In this document: positions 1 to 10,829 of the stretch, one piece after another
Numbering within the stretch: position 1 is the first letter of the stretch
Layout of the letters: each line of letters starts with the position of its first letter
From: an uncultured Chloroflexia bacterium
Lineage (GTDB): Bacteria; Chloroflexota; Limnocylindria; Limnocylindrales; CSP1-4
DNA length: 64,000 bases
Assembly: GCA_963824735.1 (NCBI GenBank)
Contig: CAWGQH010000012.1
Location: forward strand, 68,992-132,991
Direction of reading: 5' to 3'
Notes under the pieces: generated by a model
Told to the model about the DNA's origin: nothing
Database searches by the model: none
The model's input: the letters and a program-made list of their open reading frames with translations, nothing else
Made by a program: the position numbers and the translations under genes

Positions 1-544
1 GCTCGGTTCCGTCACCCAGTTGCAGGCGTGCCTCGATCCTCAGCTCCATTGCGCGCAGGAACAGCTCATCCAGGCGGTCCGCTTCGAGCTGCAGCACGCC
101 GGAATGGCCGAGTTCGCCAAACGGTCGCCCCCGCCACAACGCCATTGCCGATTCCGCTTCCTCGGCGGCGAGCCGCGGCAATTGCCTGCCGTGTGCCGAC
201 TCCGCGTCGTGAACCAGCCGCTCGAACCGGACGGCGTCGATCCGATCGCCCTCGACAGCGATCGCGTAACCCGATGACGTCCCGACGATGGGAACATCGG
301 TTCCGAGCGCCATCCGCAGGCGCGAGACGTAGGTCGGCAGGGTCCGCTGCGCGGCCGCGGGTGGCACGCCGCTCCACAGCTCGTCGATGAGCGTGCCGAT
401 GGACAGCGCTCGGCCTCGCTCCAGGAGGAGAAGCGCGAGGAGCGCACGCTGGCGGGGTCCGCCGACGGCAATGGGCACGCCATCGCGATGAACCTCGACA
501 GGCCCGAGAACGAGAAATTCGCACGACGTGGCCGGTGGGACCAT
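1..544 (-). CDS. SARP/AfsR-family transcriptional regulator, N-terminal part (OmpR-type winged helix plus BTAD). The 3' end runs off the left edge.
   Basis: This is my own translation of the third minus frame. It is absent from the ORF track because no stop lies in the window. Sequence: MVPPATSCEFLVLGPVEVHRDGVPIAVGGPRQRALLALLLLERGRALSIGTLIDELW..YVSRLRMALG..GYAIAVEGDRIDAVRFERLV..ALWRGRPFGEL..LEADRLDELFLRAMELRIEARL. ATG at 544-542. Confidence 0.7.
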   Translation of the reverse strand, partial: MVPPATSCEFLVLGPVEVHRDGVPIAVGGPRQRALLALLLLERGRALSIGTLIDELWSGVPPAAAQRTLPTYVSRLRMALGTDVPIVGTSSGYAIAVEGDRIDAVRFERLVHDAESAHGRQLPRLAAEEAESAMALWRGRPFGELGHSGVLQLEADRLDELFLRAMELRIEARLQLGDGTE

Positions 545-693
545 GAACCATGCATACCTCACCGACGCCGGTGAGGCAACATCACGTGAGGCACGTGCCG
601 TGTCGGCGTTGCTATCGAATTGCAATCGCAATGCGCAACGGTGCTGACGGCGACGGGCGAGGAAGGTGACTCGTCCGTACCCATCAGTTCGAG

Positions 694-1096
694 GTGCGAC
701 GATGTCCATTCGAATTCGGCCGCAGCGTGTCGGCACTCCTCGCTTCCGCAGGCCTGATCGCAGCAATCGGGGTCCCGGTCGTGTCGGGAGCGCCCGGGGG
801 GCGATCCCTGGAGAAAGCGCTCGATGCGGGTTGGAACTGCGATCCGTTGATCCTCATCGGCGGGCATTACCACTGCCCGCCACCAGGCCGGCCGGGTGTT
901 GGGGACATCATCGCGGGCACCACGGTGCCGACCATTCAGCACCAGGTCTTCAGGGTCAGATGGGACGTTCGCGGGCACCGAGATCCTGATCCGCGTCGAC
1001 CTGTTTGCCGGTCAGCCATGCCCACAGGACGAGTGGCTTCCGGTCCCAAGCGCCGACAACGTCCAGTACTGGGCCTGCCACCGCTTCGATTTCTAG
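694..1096 (+). pseudogene. Hypothetical secreted Cys-containing protein, frame broken near 955
   Basis: GTG at 694 with a signal-like RSVSALLASAGLIAAIGVPVVSGA. The protein-like sequence continues in the frame of ORF 896..1096 (DGTFAGTEILIRVDLFAGQPCPQDEWLPVPSADNVQYWACHRFDF). Length is 403 nt, which is 3n+1. Confidence 0.35.
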
Positions 1097-1133
1097 GGCG
1101 ACACGCGACTGATCACCGACTGGGCGCTGCCAC

Positions 1134-1769
1134 CTACTCGGCGACCAGCGCGCCGAGCTGGCTGAGGATCCGTGCCGTCGCGCCCCACACGGCCAGACCG
1201 TCGATCGGGTACGCGCCGAACCGGATCGGCCAGTCCCCGATCTGCCGCTCGAGCACTTCCACCGGCGCACCGGGCACGAACGCGTCGAGCGGCGCGTGGA
1301 CGATCCGCGCGACCTCCGCCTCGGACGGGCGAAGGGCCGGCATCCGGTCGGCGACCGCGACGATCGGCGTGATGTCGAAGTTGCTGACCGGGATCCACAC
1401 GCGGTCGAGCTGGCCGAGGATGCGCACGCCGGACGCGGCGGCATCCAGGGCGACCTCCTCCTCGGCCTCGCGCAGCGCGGTCTCGGCCGGACCACGGTCC
1501 GCTTCCTCGGCGCGACCGCCGGGGAAGCTCACCTCGCCGCTGTGATGGCCGTCGCGCGTCGCCCGCTCGGTGAGCACGACGCGCGCTTCGCCGTCGTCAT
1601 CGGGGTGGATCAGCACCAGGACGGCCGCCGCTCGAGGAACGACCCCCTCCGGGGGCGCGATGTTTCGGCGCACGCGCTCGTCGAGCAGCACCGCGGTCAG
1701 GACGCCGGCCGGTTCCGGCAGCGTGGTCGGGAACGGCGTCAGGCGTTCGGCGACGTGCTCGAACCTCAC
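1134..1769 (-). CDS. NUDIX hydrolase, CoA pyrophosphatase type
   Basis: Nudix box GGRAEEADRGPAETALREAEEEVAL, preceded by VVLTERATRDGHHSGEVSFPGG, which is the CoA pyrophosphatase signature. Confidence 0.8.
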   Translation of the reverse strand: MRFEHVAERLTPFPTTLPEPAGVLTAVLLDERVRRNIAPPEGVVPRAAAVLVLIHPDDDGEARVVLTERATRDGHHSGEVSFPGGRAEEADRGPAETALREAEEEVALDAAASGVRILGQLDRVWIPVSNFDITPIVAVADRMPALRPSEAEVARIVHAPLDAFVPGAPVEVLERQIGDWPIRFGAYPIDGLAVWGATARILSQLGALVAE

Positions 1770-1783
1770 GACGCCGAGCCGGC

Positions 1784-4513
1784 CTAGTTGATGAGGTCGC
1801 CGCCGCCGCCCCGCTTCGTGGGCGGCAGATCGAGGGGCGATTCCGGAGCCGTGCCGCCCGCGGGCACGCGCTCGCGGGAGCGCGCATCACGGCGGCCGGT
1901 CTCGGCCACGACCGTCTGGCCCTCCGTCGAGAACACGAGCGTGCCCGACACGGGATCCGCATCGGCCGTGACGCGATCGCCCGGCTTGAACTGCCCCTGG
2001 AGCAGCGCGCGTGCGAACGGGTTCTCCACGAGCCGCTGGATCGTCCGCTTGAGCGGCCGAGCCCCATACGCCGGGTCCGTGCCCTCGCGGACGATCAGCG
2101 CCCGAGCCGTCGGGGTGAGCTCCAGCGCCAGCTCCTGGTCGGCGATGCGCCGCTGGAGATCGGCGATCAACAGGTCGACGATCCGGGCCAGGTCGTCGTC
2201 GGTCAGCGGGTGGAACACGATGACCTCGTCGACGCGGTTGAGGAACTCGGGCCGGAACTGGCCGCGCAGCAACTCGGTGACCTGGCGCTTCATGTCCTCG
2301 TAGGCCTCGTCCCCGGAGCGGCCGCTGGCCGCGGCGATCGCCGAGGAGCCCACGTTGCTGGTCATGATCACGACCGTGTTGCGGAAGTCGACCGTGCGCC
2401 CCTGGCCGTCGGTCAGGCGGCCGTCGTCGAGGACCTGGAGGAGCACGTTGAAGACGTCCGGGTGGGCCTTCTCGATCTCGTCGAGCAGCACCACCTGGTA
2501 CGGCCGGCGGCGGACGGCCTCGGTCAGCTGCCCGCCCTCCTCGTAGCCCACGTAGCCGGGTGGCGCACCGACCAACCGGGACACGGTGAATTTCTCCATG
2601 TACTCGCTCATGTCGATCCGGACCAGCGCCTGCTCGTCGTCGAACAGGAACTGCGCGAGGGCCCGGGCGAGCTCGGTCTTGCCGACGCCGGTCGGGCCGA
2701 GGAACAGGAACGAGCCGATCGGCCGGCGCGGGTCCTTGAGACCGGCGCGGGCGCGGCGGACCGCGTCGGACACGGCCTCGATCGCCTCGTCCTGGCCGAC
2801 GACCCGGTCGTGGAGGCGATCCTCCATCTGGATCAGCTTCGCCTGCTCGCCCTCCATCAGGCGGGTGACCGGGATGCCGGTCCACGACGCGACGATCCCG
2901 GCGACGTCGTCGGCCGTGACCTCCTCCTTGAGCATCGAGCCGCTGCCCTGGAGCGCGGTCAGCGCCGCCTCCTGCTCCTGGAGCTGCGCCTGGAGCTCGG
3001 GGAGCGTCGCGTAGCGCAGCTTCGCAGCGGTCTCGTAGTCGGTCTCGCGCTGGGCCTGGTCGATGCGCAGCTGGGTCTGCTCCAGCTCGCTCTTCGTCTC
3101 GCGGATGGCCGCGATGGCAGCCTTCTCGGCCTCCCAGCGCTGCTTCATCCCGCCGGACTGCTCATCGAGGTCGGCGAGCTCCTTCTCGAGCGCCTCGAGT
3201 CGCGCCTTCGACGCGTCGTCGGTCTCCTTGCGCAGCGCCTCGCGCTCGATCTCGAGCTGGATCCGCCGGCGCTCGAGCTCGTCGAGCTCGACCGGCATGG
3301 AATCGATCTCCATGCGCAGGCGCGACGCCGCCTCGTCGACGAGGTCGATTGCCTTGTCGGGCAGGAAGCGCTCGGTGATGTAGCGGTTCGACAGGGTCGC
3401 CGCCGCGACGAGCGCCGAGTCGGTGATGCGGACGCCGTGATGGACCTCGTAGCGCTCACGCAGGCCGCGCAGGATCGAGATCGTCTCCTCGACCGTCGGC
3501 TGGTCGACGACCACCGGCTGGAAACGCCGCTCGAGCGCGGCGTCCTTCTCGACGTGCTTGCGGTACTCGTCGAGCGTGGTCGCACCGATGGTGTGGAGCT
3601 CGCCGCGGGCGAGCATCGGCTTGAGGAGGTTGGATGCGTCCATCGCGCCCTCGGCGGCGCCCGCCCCGACGACCGTGTGCAGCTCGTCGATGAACAGCAC
3701 GACCTGGCCGTCCGAGTCCTTGATCTCCTTGAGGACGGCCTTGAGGCGCTCCTCGAACTCGCCGCGGTACTTCGCACCGGCGATCAGCGCCCCGAGGTCG
3801 AGTGCGACCACGCGCTTGTCCTTGAGCCCCTCGGGCACGTCGCCGCGCACGATCCGCTGGGCGAGGCCCTCGGCGATGGCGGTCTTGCCGACGCCCGGCT
3901 CGCCGATCAGCACGGGGTTGTTCTTCGTGCGCCGGCTGAGGACCTGGATGACGCGGCGGATCTCGTCGTCGCGGCCGATGACCGGGTCGAGCCTGCCTGC
4001 CCGCGCCTCCGTGGTGAGGTCCCGGCCGTACTTCTCGAGCGCCTGGTACGTGCCCTCCGGCGTGGGCGAGGTCACGCGCTGACCGCCCCGGACGCTCTGC
4101 AGCGCCTGGAGGATCGCCTCCCGCCCGGAGGCATGCCGCTCGAGCAGCTGCTGTGCCTCGCCGCCGGCCTCGGCCACGCCGAGCAGCAGGTGCTCGGTCG
4201 AGGTGTACTCGTCACCGAGCCGCCGTGCCTCGGCCTCAGCGCGCTCGACGACGCGCTTGGCGCGGGGATCGAGCGCGAGCGAGCCGCCCTCGATCCGGGC
4301 GCGCTTGGCGAGGATCGCCGCGAGCTCGCCGCGGAACGCGGGCAGGTCGACGCCCAGCCGGCGGAGCGTTTCGGCGGGGATGCCGTCGTCCGGCTCGACG
4401 AGGGCGCTGAGCAGGTGCTCGGCGTCGAGGATCGGGCTGTGCAGCCGTTCGGCGGTCTGCTGGGCGGCGATGACGGCCTCCTGGGCCTTCTGGGTGAAGC
4501 GATCGAGTTGCAT
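1784..4513 (-). CDS. clpB: ATP-dependent chaperone/disaggregase ClpB
   Basis: Intact 909-aa ORF. It has a Clp N domain, two AAA modules ([15 protein letters not shown] and [15 protein letters not shown]) and a long coiled-coil middle domain. Confidence 0.97.
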   Translation of the reverse strand: MQLDRFTQKAQEAVIAAQQTAERLHSPILDAEHLLSALVEPDDGIPAETLRRLGVDLPAFRGELAAILAKRARIEGGSLALDPRAKRVVERAEAEARRLGDEYTSTEHLLLGVAEAGGEAQQLLERHASGREAILQALQSVRGGQRVTSPTPEGTYQALEKYGRDLTTEARAGRLDPVIGRDDEIRRVIQVLSRRTKNNPVLIGEPGVGKTAIAEGLAQRIVRGDVPEGLKDKRVVALDLGALIAGAKYRGEFEERLKAVLKEIKDSDGQVVLFIDELHTVVGAGAAEGAMDASNLLKPMLARGELHTIGATTLDEYRKHVEKDAALERRFQPVVVDQPTVEETISILRGLRERYEVHHGVRITDSALVAAATLSNRYITERFLPDKAIDLVDEAASRLRMEIDSMPVELDELERRRIQLEIEREALRKETDDASKARLEALEKELADLDEQSGGMKQRWEAEKAAIAAIRETKSELEQTQLRIDQAQRETDYETAAKLRYATLPELQAQLQEQEAALTALQGSGSMLKEEVTADDVAGIVASWTGIPVTRLMEGEQAKLIQMEDRLHDRVVGQDEAIEAVSDAVRRARAGLKDPRRPIGSFLFLGPTGVGKTELARALAQFLFDDEQALVRIDMSEYMEKFTVSRLVGAPPGYVGYEEGGQLTEAVRRRPYQVVLLDEIEKAHPDVFNVLLQVLDDGRLTDGQGRTVDFRNTVVIMTSNVGSSAIAAASGRSGDEAYEDMKRQVTELLRGQFRPEFLNRVDEVIVFHPLTDDDLARIVDLLIADLQRRIADQELALELTPTARALIVREGTDPAYGARPLKRTIQRLVENPFARALLQGQFKPGDRVTADADPVSGTLVFSTEGQTVVAETGRRDARSRERVPAGGTAPESPLDLPPTKRGGGGDLIN

Positions 4514-4538
4514 CTGCGGTCTCTCTGGGTTCGTTCGA

Positions 4539-5588
4539 TCAGCGAGGATCGGGTTGGTCGACGGTGTCGAGGAAGCGGCGCGCTGCGTCCGTTGCCTCGT
4601 CGGTCAGATCTGTCGGGAGGACGACCCTGGCGCGGACGTACAGGTCGCCGTGGCCTTCGGCGCGGAACTTCGGCATGCCGCGGCCGCGGAGCCGGAACTG
4701 CCGTCCGGGCTGCGTGCCCGGCGGGATCCGGAGCAGCACCGTTCCCTTGGGCGAGCGAACGGGCACCTCGGCGCCGAGCAGGGCCTCCTCCAGGGTGATC
4801 GGCAGCTCGCGCTCGAGGTCCGCGCCCTTGCGGGTGAAGGTCGCGTCGGGGCGCTGGCGGACGACGACGTGGAGATCGCCACCGCCCGGGCCCTTGCCGG
4901 TCAGGCGGATCCGCGTGCCGGTGTCCGCCCCCGGCGGGATCGTGATCTCGAGTCGCTTGCCGTCGACGTCGACGAGGCGCTTCGTCCCCTGGAAGGCCTC
5001 ATCGAGCGTGATCTCTGCGTGCGCCTCGCTGCGCGGCGCAGCGGGACGAGCCTGGCTCGATGGCGCGCGGCCGCGGCCGGACTGCACGCCTGCCCCCATC
5101 CCGGCCAGGAAATCCTCGAGGTCGATCGTCCCGGCGCTGCCGCCGGCCCGGGCAGTGCCGGAGCGGGCGTTGGCCATGTCGGCAAACCCGCCTTCGCCCC
5201 CGAAGAACATCCGGAAGAAGTCGGAGAACTCCCCGGGATCGCCGCTCGAGCGGAACTCGTAGCGGACGTTGCCGGCCTGGCCGCCCGTCCCGCCGAAGCC
5301 CGCGAACCCGGCAAACGGGTTGCCGCTCGCCCCGGCCCCGGCCCCGGCCCCCGCCCGGCTGAACGTCTCCCAGTTCGCACCGAGCGCGTCGTATTGCTTG
5401 CGCTTCTCGGGATCGGACAGCACGGTGTTCGCCTCGTTCACGTCCTTGAACGTGCGCTCGGCGGCGGCATCACCGGGCTTGGCGTCGGGGTGATGCTCCC
5501 GGGCCTTCTTCCGGTACGCCTTCTTGATCTCGGTCTGTGACGCCGTCCTCGGGACTCCGAGGACGGCGTAGTAGTCCTTGTATTCCAT
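4539..5588 (-). CDS. cbpA: DnaJ-class co-chaperone without a zinc finger (CbpA-like)
   Basis: J domain [32 protein letters not shown], a Gly/Phe-rich linker and C-terminal substrate-binding domains. No CxxCxGxG repeats. Confidence 0.85.
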   Translation of the reverse strand: MEYKDYYAVLGVPRTASQTEIKKAYRKKAREHHPDAKPGDAAAERTFKDVNEANTVLSDPEKRKQYDALGANWETFSRAGAGAGAGASGNPFAGFAGFGGTGGQAGNVRYEFRSSGDPGEFSDFFRMFFGGEGGFADMANARSGTARAGGSAGTIDLEDFLAGMGAGVQSGRGRAPSSQARPAAPRSEAHAEITLDEAFQGTKRLVDVDGKRLEITIPPGADTGTRIRLTGKGPGGGDLHVVVRQRPDATFTRKGADLERELPITLEEALLGAEVPVRSPKGTVLLRIPPGTQPGRQFRLRGRGMPKFRAEGHGDLYVRARVVLPTDLTDEATDAARRFLDTVDQPDPR

Positions 5589-5642
5589 GGCGGCTCTAAT
5601 GCCTTGGCGCCGCTCGAATTGGAGCTGCCTCGGCGCCCATCA

Positions 5643-8137
<2,495 letters not shown>

Positions 8138-8138
<1 letters not shown>

Positions 8139-8560
8139 CAGGTTCTCCTATCGGGGTTCGGGTCGGAGGCGACTGCCTCGCTGACCTTGTCGTCGGTGTC
8201 TTGCGCCACCGGCTCGGGTTCAGTGGCGCGGGAACGGGCTCGACTCTTGGAGCCGTTCCTGGTGCCCTCCGCGTAGAGCGCTTCGAGGATTCGGGTTCCG
8301 AGCCGCTCCTCCAGTTCGAAGAGGATCCGGACCCCGGCGAGGTTCACGCCTCGCTCGCGGGTGAGGTGGCGGATCCACGAGATCCGCCGGATGTCGCTTT
8401 CGCTGTAGAGCCGGATGTTCGTCGGCGTCCGGGCCGGACAGATCAGGCCCTCGTCCTCGTAGATCCGGAGGGTGCGCGGGTGCGCGCTCACGAGCGTCGC
8501 GGCGACGCTGATCACGTACACCGGCTGGGTCGGATCGCGGTCCGGGCGCCGATATGCCAT
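8138..8560 (-). CDS. hspR: MerR-family heat-shock repressor HspR
   Basis: MerR HTH YVISVAATLVSAHPRTLRIYEDEGL. It is the first gene of the lon-cbpA-clpB operon, and a HAIR operator lies directly upstream. Confidence 0.85.
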
Positions 8561-8624
8561 CTCGTCAGGCGTCCTGGGTGGTCGTCGGGTTGATGCGGAA
8601 TTGGCTGTGCTTGAACACGATCGG

Positions 8625-8655
8625 ATGCTAGAACCTTGACAATGGCGTTGTCAAG
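8625..8655 (-). promoter_or_regulatory. HspR operator (HAIR) overlapping a sigma-A type promoter
   Basis: Perfect inverted repeat CTTGACA-N7-TGTCAAG at 8635-8655; the HAIR consensus is CTTGAGT-N7-ACTCAAG. On the minus strand, TTGACA (8654-8649) is followed by an 18-nt spacer and TAGCAT (8630-8625), 64 nt upstream of the hspR ATG. Confidence 0.75.
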
Positions 8656-8864
8656 AGTTGTGCCACCGAAACTTCGTTGAGAATTGTCAACGGAGGCTAC
8701 GGCGTGGCCGTTCCTGCCATATACGCACGTGGCGCGTAGAGGCGCCGATCCCGGTTGATTCAGCGGCCAAATTAGCCTGGCCAGGCTATCTCACGCCAAT
8801 GCGATGGGCGATATGGCGCCGAGTACGCGTGGGGTGCGTATTTGACAAGGATCCGAGCCCGGAT

Positions 8865-8879
8865 TGCCGTGGGGCGGTA
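8865..8879. repeat. Copy 1 of the exact 15-nt direct repeat TGCCGTGGGGCGGTA
   Basis: Identical 15-mer at 9009-9023. A looser third copy, CGCGTGGGGTGCGTA, lies at 8826-8840. All three are in the roughly 500-bp non-coding gap between trkA and the hspR promoter. Confidence 0.6.
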
Positions 8880-9008
8880 GCAGGGACGAATCGCGAGCCC
8901 GGAGCGGCCGACAATGACCGTCAGTACGGCAGAAAACGCCCGCTCAGGGCCGCAGCCTCTCGTGGGACGGCACGAAACGGTGGTGCGACGCGCTCCGTTC
9001 GCCGCTGC

Positions 9009-9023
9009 TGCCGTGGGGCGGTA
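9009..9023. repeat. Copy 2 of the exact 15-nt direct repeat TGCCGTGGGGCGGTA
   Basis: Identical to 8865-8879, with the two copies starting 144 nt apart. Confidence 0.6.
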
Positions 9024-9058
9024 AAGGCGCCTCCGCCTCGTTCCGGGCCGCCAGTGCC

Positions 9059-9733
9059 CTAGCCGCGGACCGTCTCGCCGCCGATCAGCTGCTCGTGCAG
9101 CATCTCCTCGCACTCGGTCTTGCCGATCGCGATGATCTTGTCGCCGACCTGCATGACCGTGTCGGGACGGAGCGGCGTCGCGACCCCGCCGCGGATCACC
9201 GCGAACAGGGAGCAGCCCTCCGGGATGTCGAGGTCCTTCGGTGCGCGTCCGACCGCCGGCGAACCGTCCTGCAGGTGCGCCTCGATCAGCTCCAGCTCGT
9301 TCTCGCCGAGCGCCGCCAGGTGGAGCAGCTCGTGGACCGGGATGTCCTGCTCGATCGAGCCAAGGATCATCCGCGTGGGACTGATCAGCTCGTCCACGCC
9401 GAGGTGCCGGAACAGCTCTTCGTTCTTCGGGTTGTTGACCCGCGCGATCGTGCGCGGGACGTCGAAGTGGTGTTTCGCCATCTGGCAGATCACGAGGTTG
9501 TCCTCGTCGTCGCCCGTCACGGCCGCCACGACGTCGGCCCGGTTGCAGCCCGCCTCGGCGAGGTACTTGCCCTCGCATCCGTCGTGCGCGATCACGATCG
9601 ACCCGATCTCGTCGGCGATCTGGCTCGCCCGGTCGCGGTCCTTCTCCATGAGCGCGACCTCGTGGCCGGACTCGACCAGCTCCTTGGTGAGGTAGTAGCC
9701 GACCTTGCCGCCACCGACGACCAGCACGAACAT
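9059..9733 (-). CDS. trkA: TrkA-family K+ uptake regulatory protein (TrkA-N plus TrkA-C), CeoC-like
   Basis: Rossmann motif VVGGGKVGYYLTKELVESGHEV plus a C-terminal RCK_C-like segment. Intact, 224 aa. Confidence 0.85.
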   Translation of the reverse strand: MFVLVVGGGKVGYYLTKELVESGHEVALMEKDRDRASQIADEIGSIVIAHDGCEGKYLAEAGCNRADVVAAVTGDDEDNLVICQMAKHHFDVPRTIARVNNPKNEELFRHLGVDELISPTRMILGSIEQDIPVHELLHLAALGENELELIEAHLQDGSPAVGRAPKDLDIPEGCSLFAVIRGGVATPLRPDTVMQVGDKIIAIGKTECEEMLHEQLIGGETVRG

Positions 9734-9736
9734 CGC

Positions 9737-10276
9737 TCAGTTCTCCTGCGTCGCGCTGGACGCGGCTGTGGGCTGGACCGTCGCGGCGGCGACCGCCGGC
9801 TCCGGCGCGTCGTGCCGGTGGTGCTCGCCACCCGGGTGGTGGCCGGTCGGCTCGAGCATCCCGGCGACGCCCGACGGCGGCAGGTCGAGATACGCATTGA
9901 TCGCATCCATCATCAGGCCGGTCCGGCAGATCGTGGCGATCCCGAGCTCGGCGTAGGCGGTGGCCCGGACCGGGTCGTTGATCTTGGCGACGACTCGCCT
10001 GGCGGACAGCGCCTCCACGGCGAGCTGCGCAGCCATGATGTTGCGGTTGTCGCCCTCGGTCAGGGCGATGAACAGGTCGGCGTCCTCGGCGCCGGCGCGC
10101 CGCAGGACGTCCTCGTCGGTCCCGTCGCCGCGGATGGCCTCCCCACCGAACGAGCCGGGCAGTTTTTCGAATGCGCGGGTCGACATGTCCAGGATCACGA
10201 CCCGGTGGCCGGCGCGGTCGAAGGTCTCGGCCAGTGCCGCCCCGACCCGGCCGCAGCCGACGATCACGATGTTCAC
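9737..10276 (-). CDS. trkA: TrkA-family K+ uptake regulatory protein, CeoB-like
   Basis: VNIVIVGCGRVGAALAETFDRAGHRVVILD. The GTG at 10276 overlaps the usp stop as GTGA, so the ORF-track ATG at 10321 is probably too far upstream. Confidence 0.85.
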   Translation of the reverse strand: MNIVIVGCGRVGAALAETFDRAGHRVVILDMSTRAFEKLPGSFGGEAIRGDGTDEDVLRRAGAEDADLFIALTEGDNRNIMAAQLAVEALSARRVVAKINDPVRATAYAELGIATICRTGLMMDAINAYLDLPPSGVAGMLEPTGHHPGGEHHRHDAPEPAVAAATVQPTAASSATQEN

Positions 10277-10731
10277 GGTTGTTCCTCGGTCATTGGATCG
10301 CGCACGACCCACACGGAGCATGGCGCGTTCTTGAGCACATACGGGATCGTACGCCCGATCGCAAAGTCGCCCCCGAAGCGCTTGCGGTACGGAAGACCGA
10401 GGATCAGCAGGTCCGCCTCCCGTTCGGTGGCCTCGTCGACGAGTGCCGCGCCGACGTCCCGTGCCTGGAGGAGCACCGGCTCGAGTGTCACCTTGGCGGT
10501 CTCGGCGGCGGCCTCGGCCACGTCGAGGATCCGCTGGACCTCCTCGGACCGCCCGGCGATGTCGGCATCGAGCGGCAGCGTCCAGTCGATCTCGACGACA
10601 TGCACGGCCACGAGCTCCGCCTTCGTCGAGCGGGCGTACTCGGCGGCCAGCCTGACGATGCGCGCGTCGCTCGGTCCGCCGTTCAGGGCGAGGACCGCGC
10701 GGCGGAACTGAGGTTCCGAAGCGTCAGACAC
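10273..10731 (-). CDS. Universal stress protein (UspA family)
   Basis: VLALNGGPSDARIVRLAAEYA..VAVHVVE..ADLLILGL..GRTIPYVLKNAPCSVWVVRD. Confidence 0.85.
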   Translation of the reverse strand: MSDASEPQFRRAVLALNGGPSDARIVRLAAEYARSTKAELVAVHVVEIDWTLPLDADIAGRSEEVQRILDVAEAAAETAKVTLEPVLLQARDVGAALVDEATEREADLLILGLPYRKRFGGDFAIGRTIPYVLKNAPCSVWVVRDPMTEEQP

Positions 10732-10829
10732 GGTTGGTTGACAGTGGCTCCCGTTGGGCGCCGGACGCAGCGGTCCGCGAGCGCCGCGTCACGATACCAA
10801 AGCCGCAGCTGCGGGCGACGGACCCGCGC

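Noticed and set aside
2210-4798. Very long ORFs antisense to real genes. Examples are 2210..4798 (862 aa, opposite clpB), 5604..8276 (890 aa, opposite lon), 54636..56930 (764 aa, opposite the MFS gene), 9095..10711, and most of 43382..46123.
   Set aside because: Their translations are Arg/Gly/Asp/His-rich low-complexity strings with no recognisable motif. The opposite strand encodes unmistakable conserved proteins. In DNA this GC-rich, stop codons are rare in antisense frames, so long shadow ORFs are expected.
8700-9058. An RNase P RNA, SRP RNA, tmRNA, 6C RNA or c-di-AMP (ydaO) riboswitch in the trkA-hspR gap.
   Set aside because: Only short, partial resemblances exist, such as CACGAAACGGTGGTGCG versus the RNase P CR-II region and CCGACA versus the ydaO core. 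Universal blocks such as GAGGAAAGUCCGGGC are absent. The region is too short for RNase P, and on the plus strand there is no downstream gene for a riboswitch. I kept it only as an unexplained repeat-containing region.
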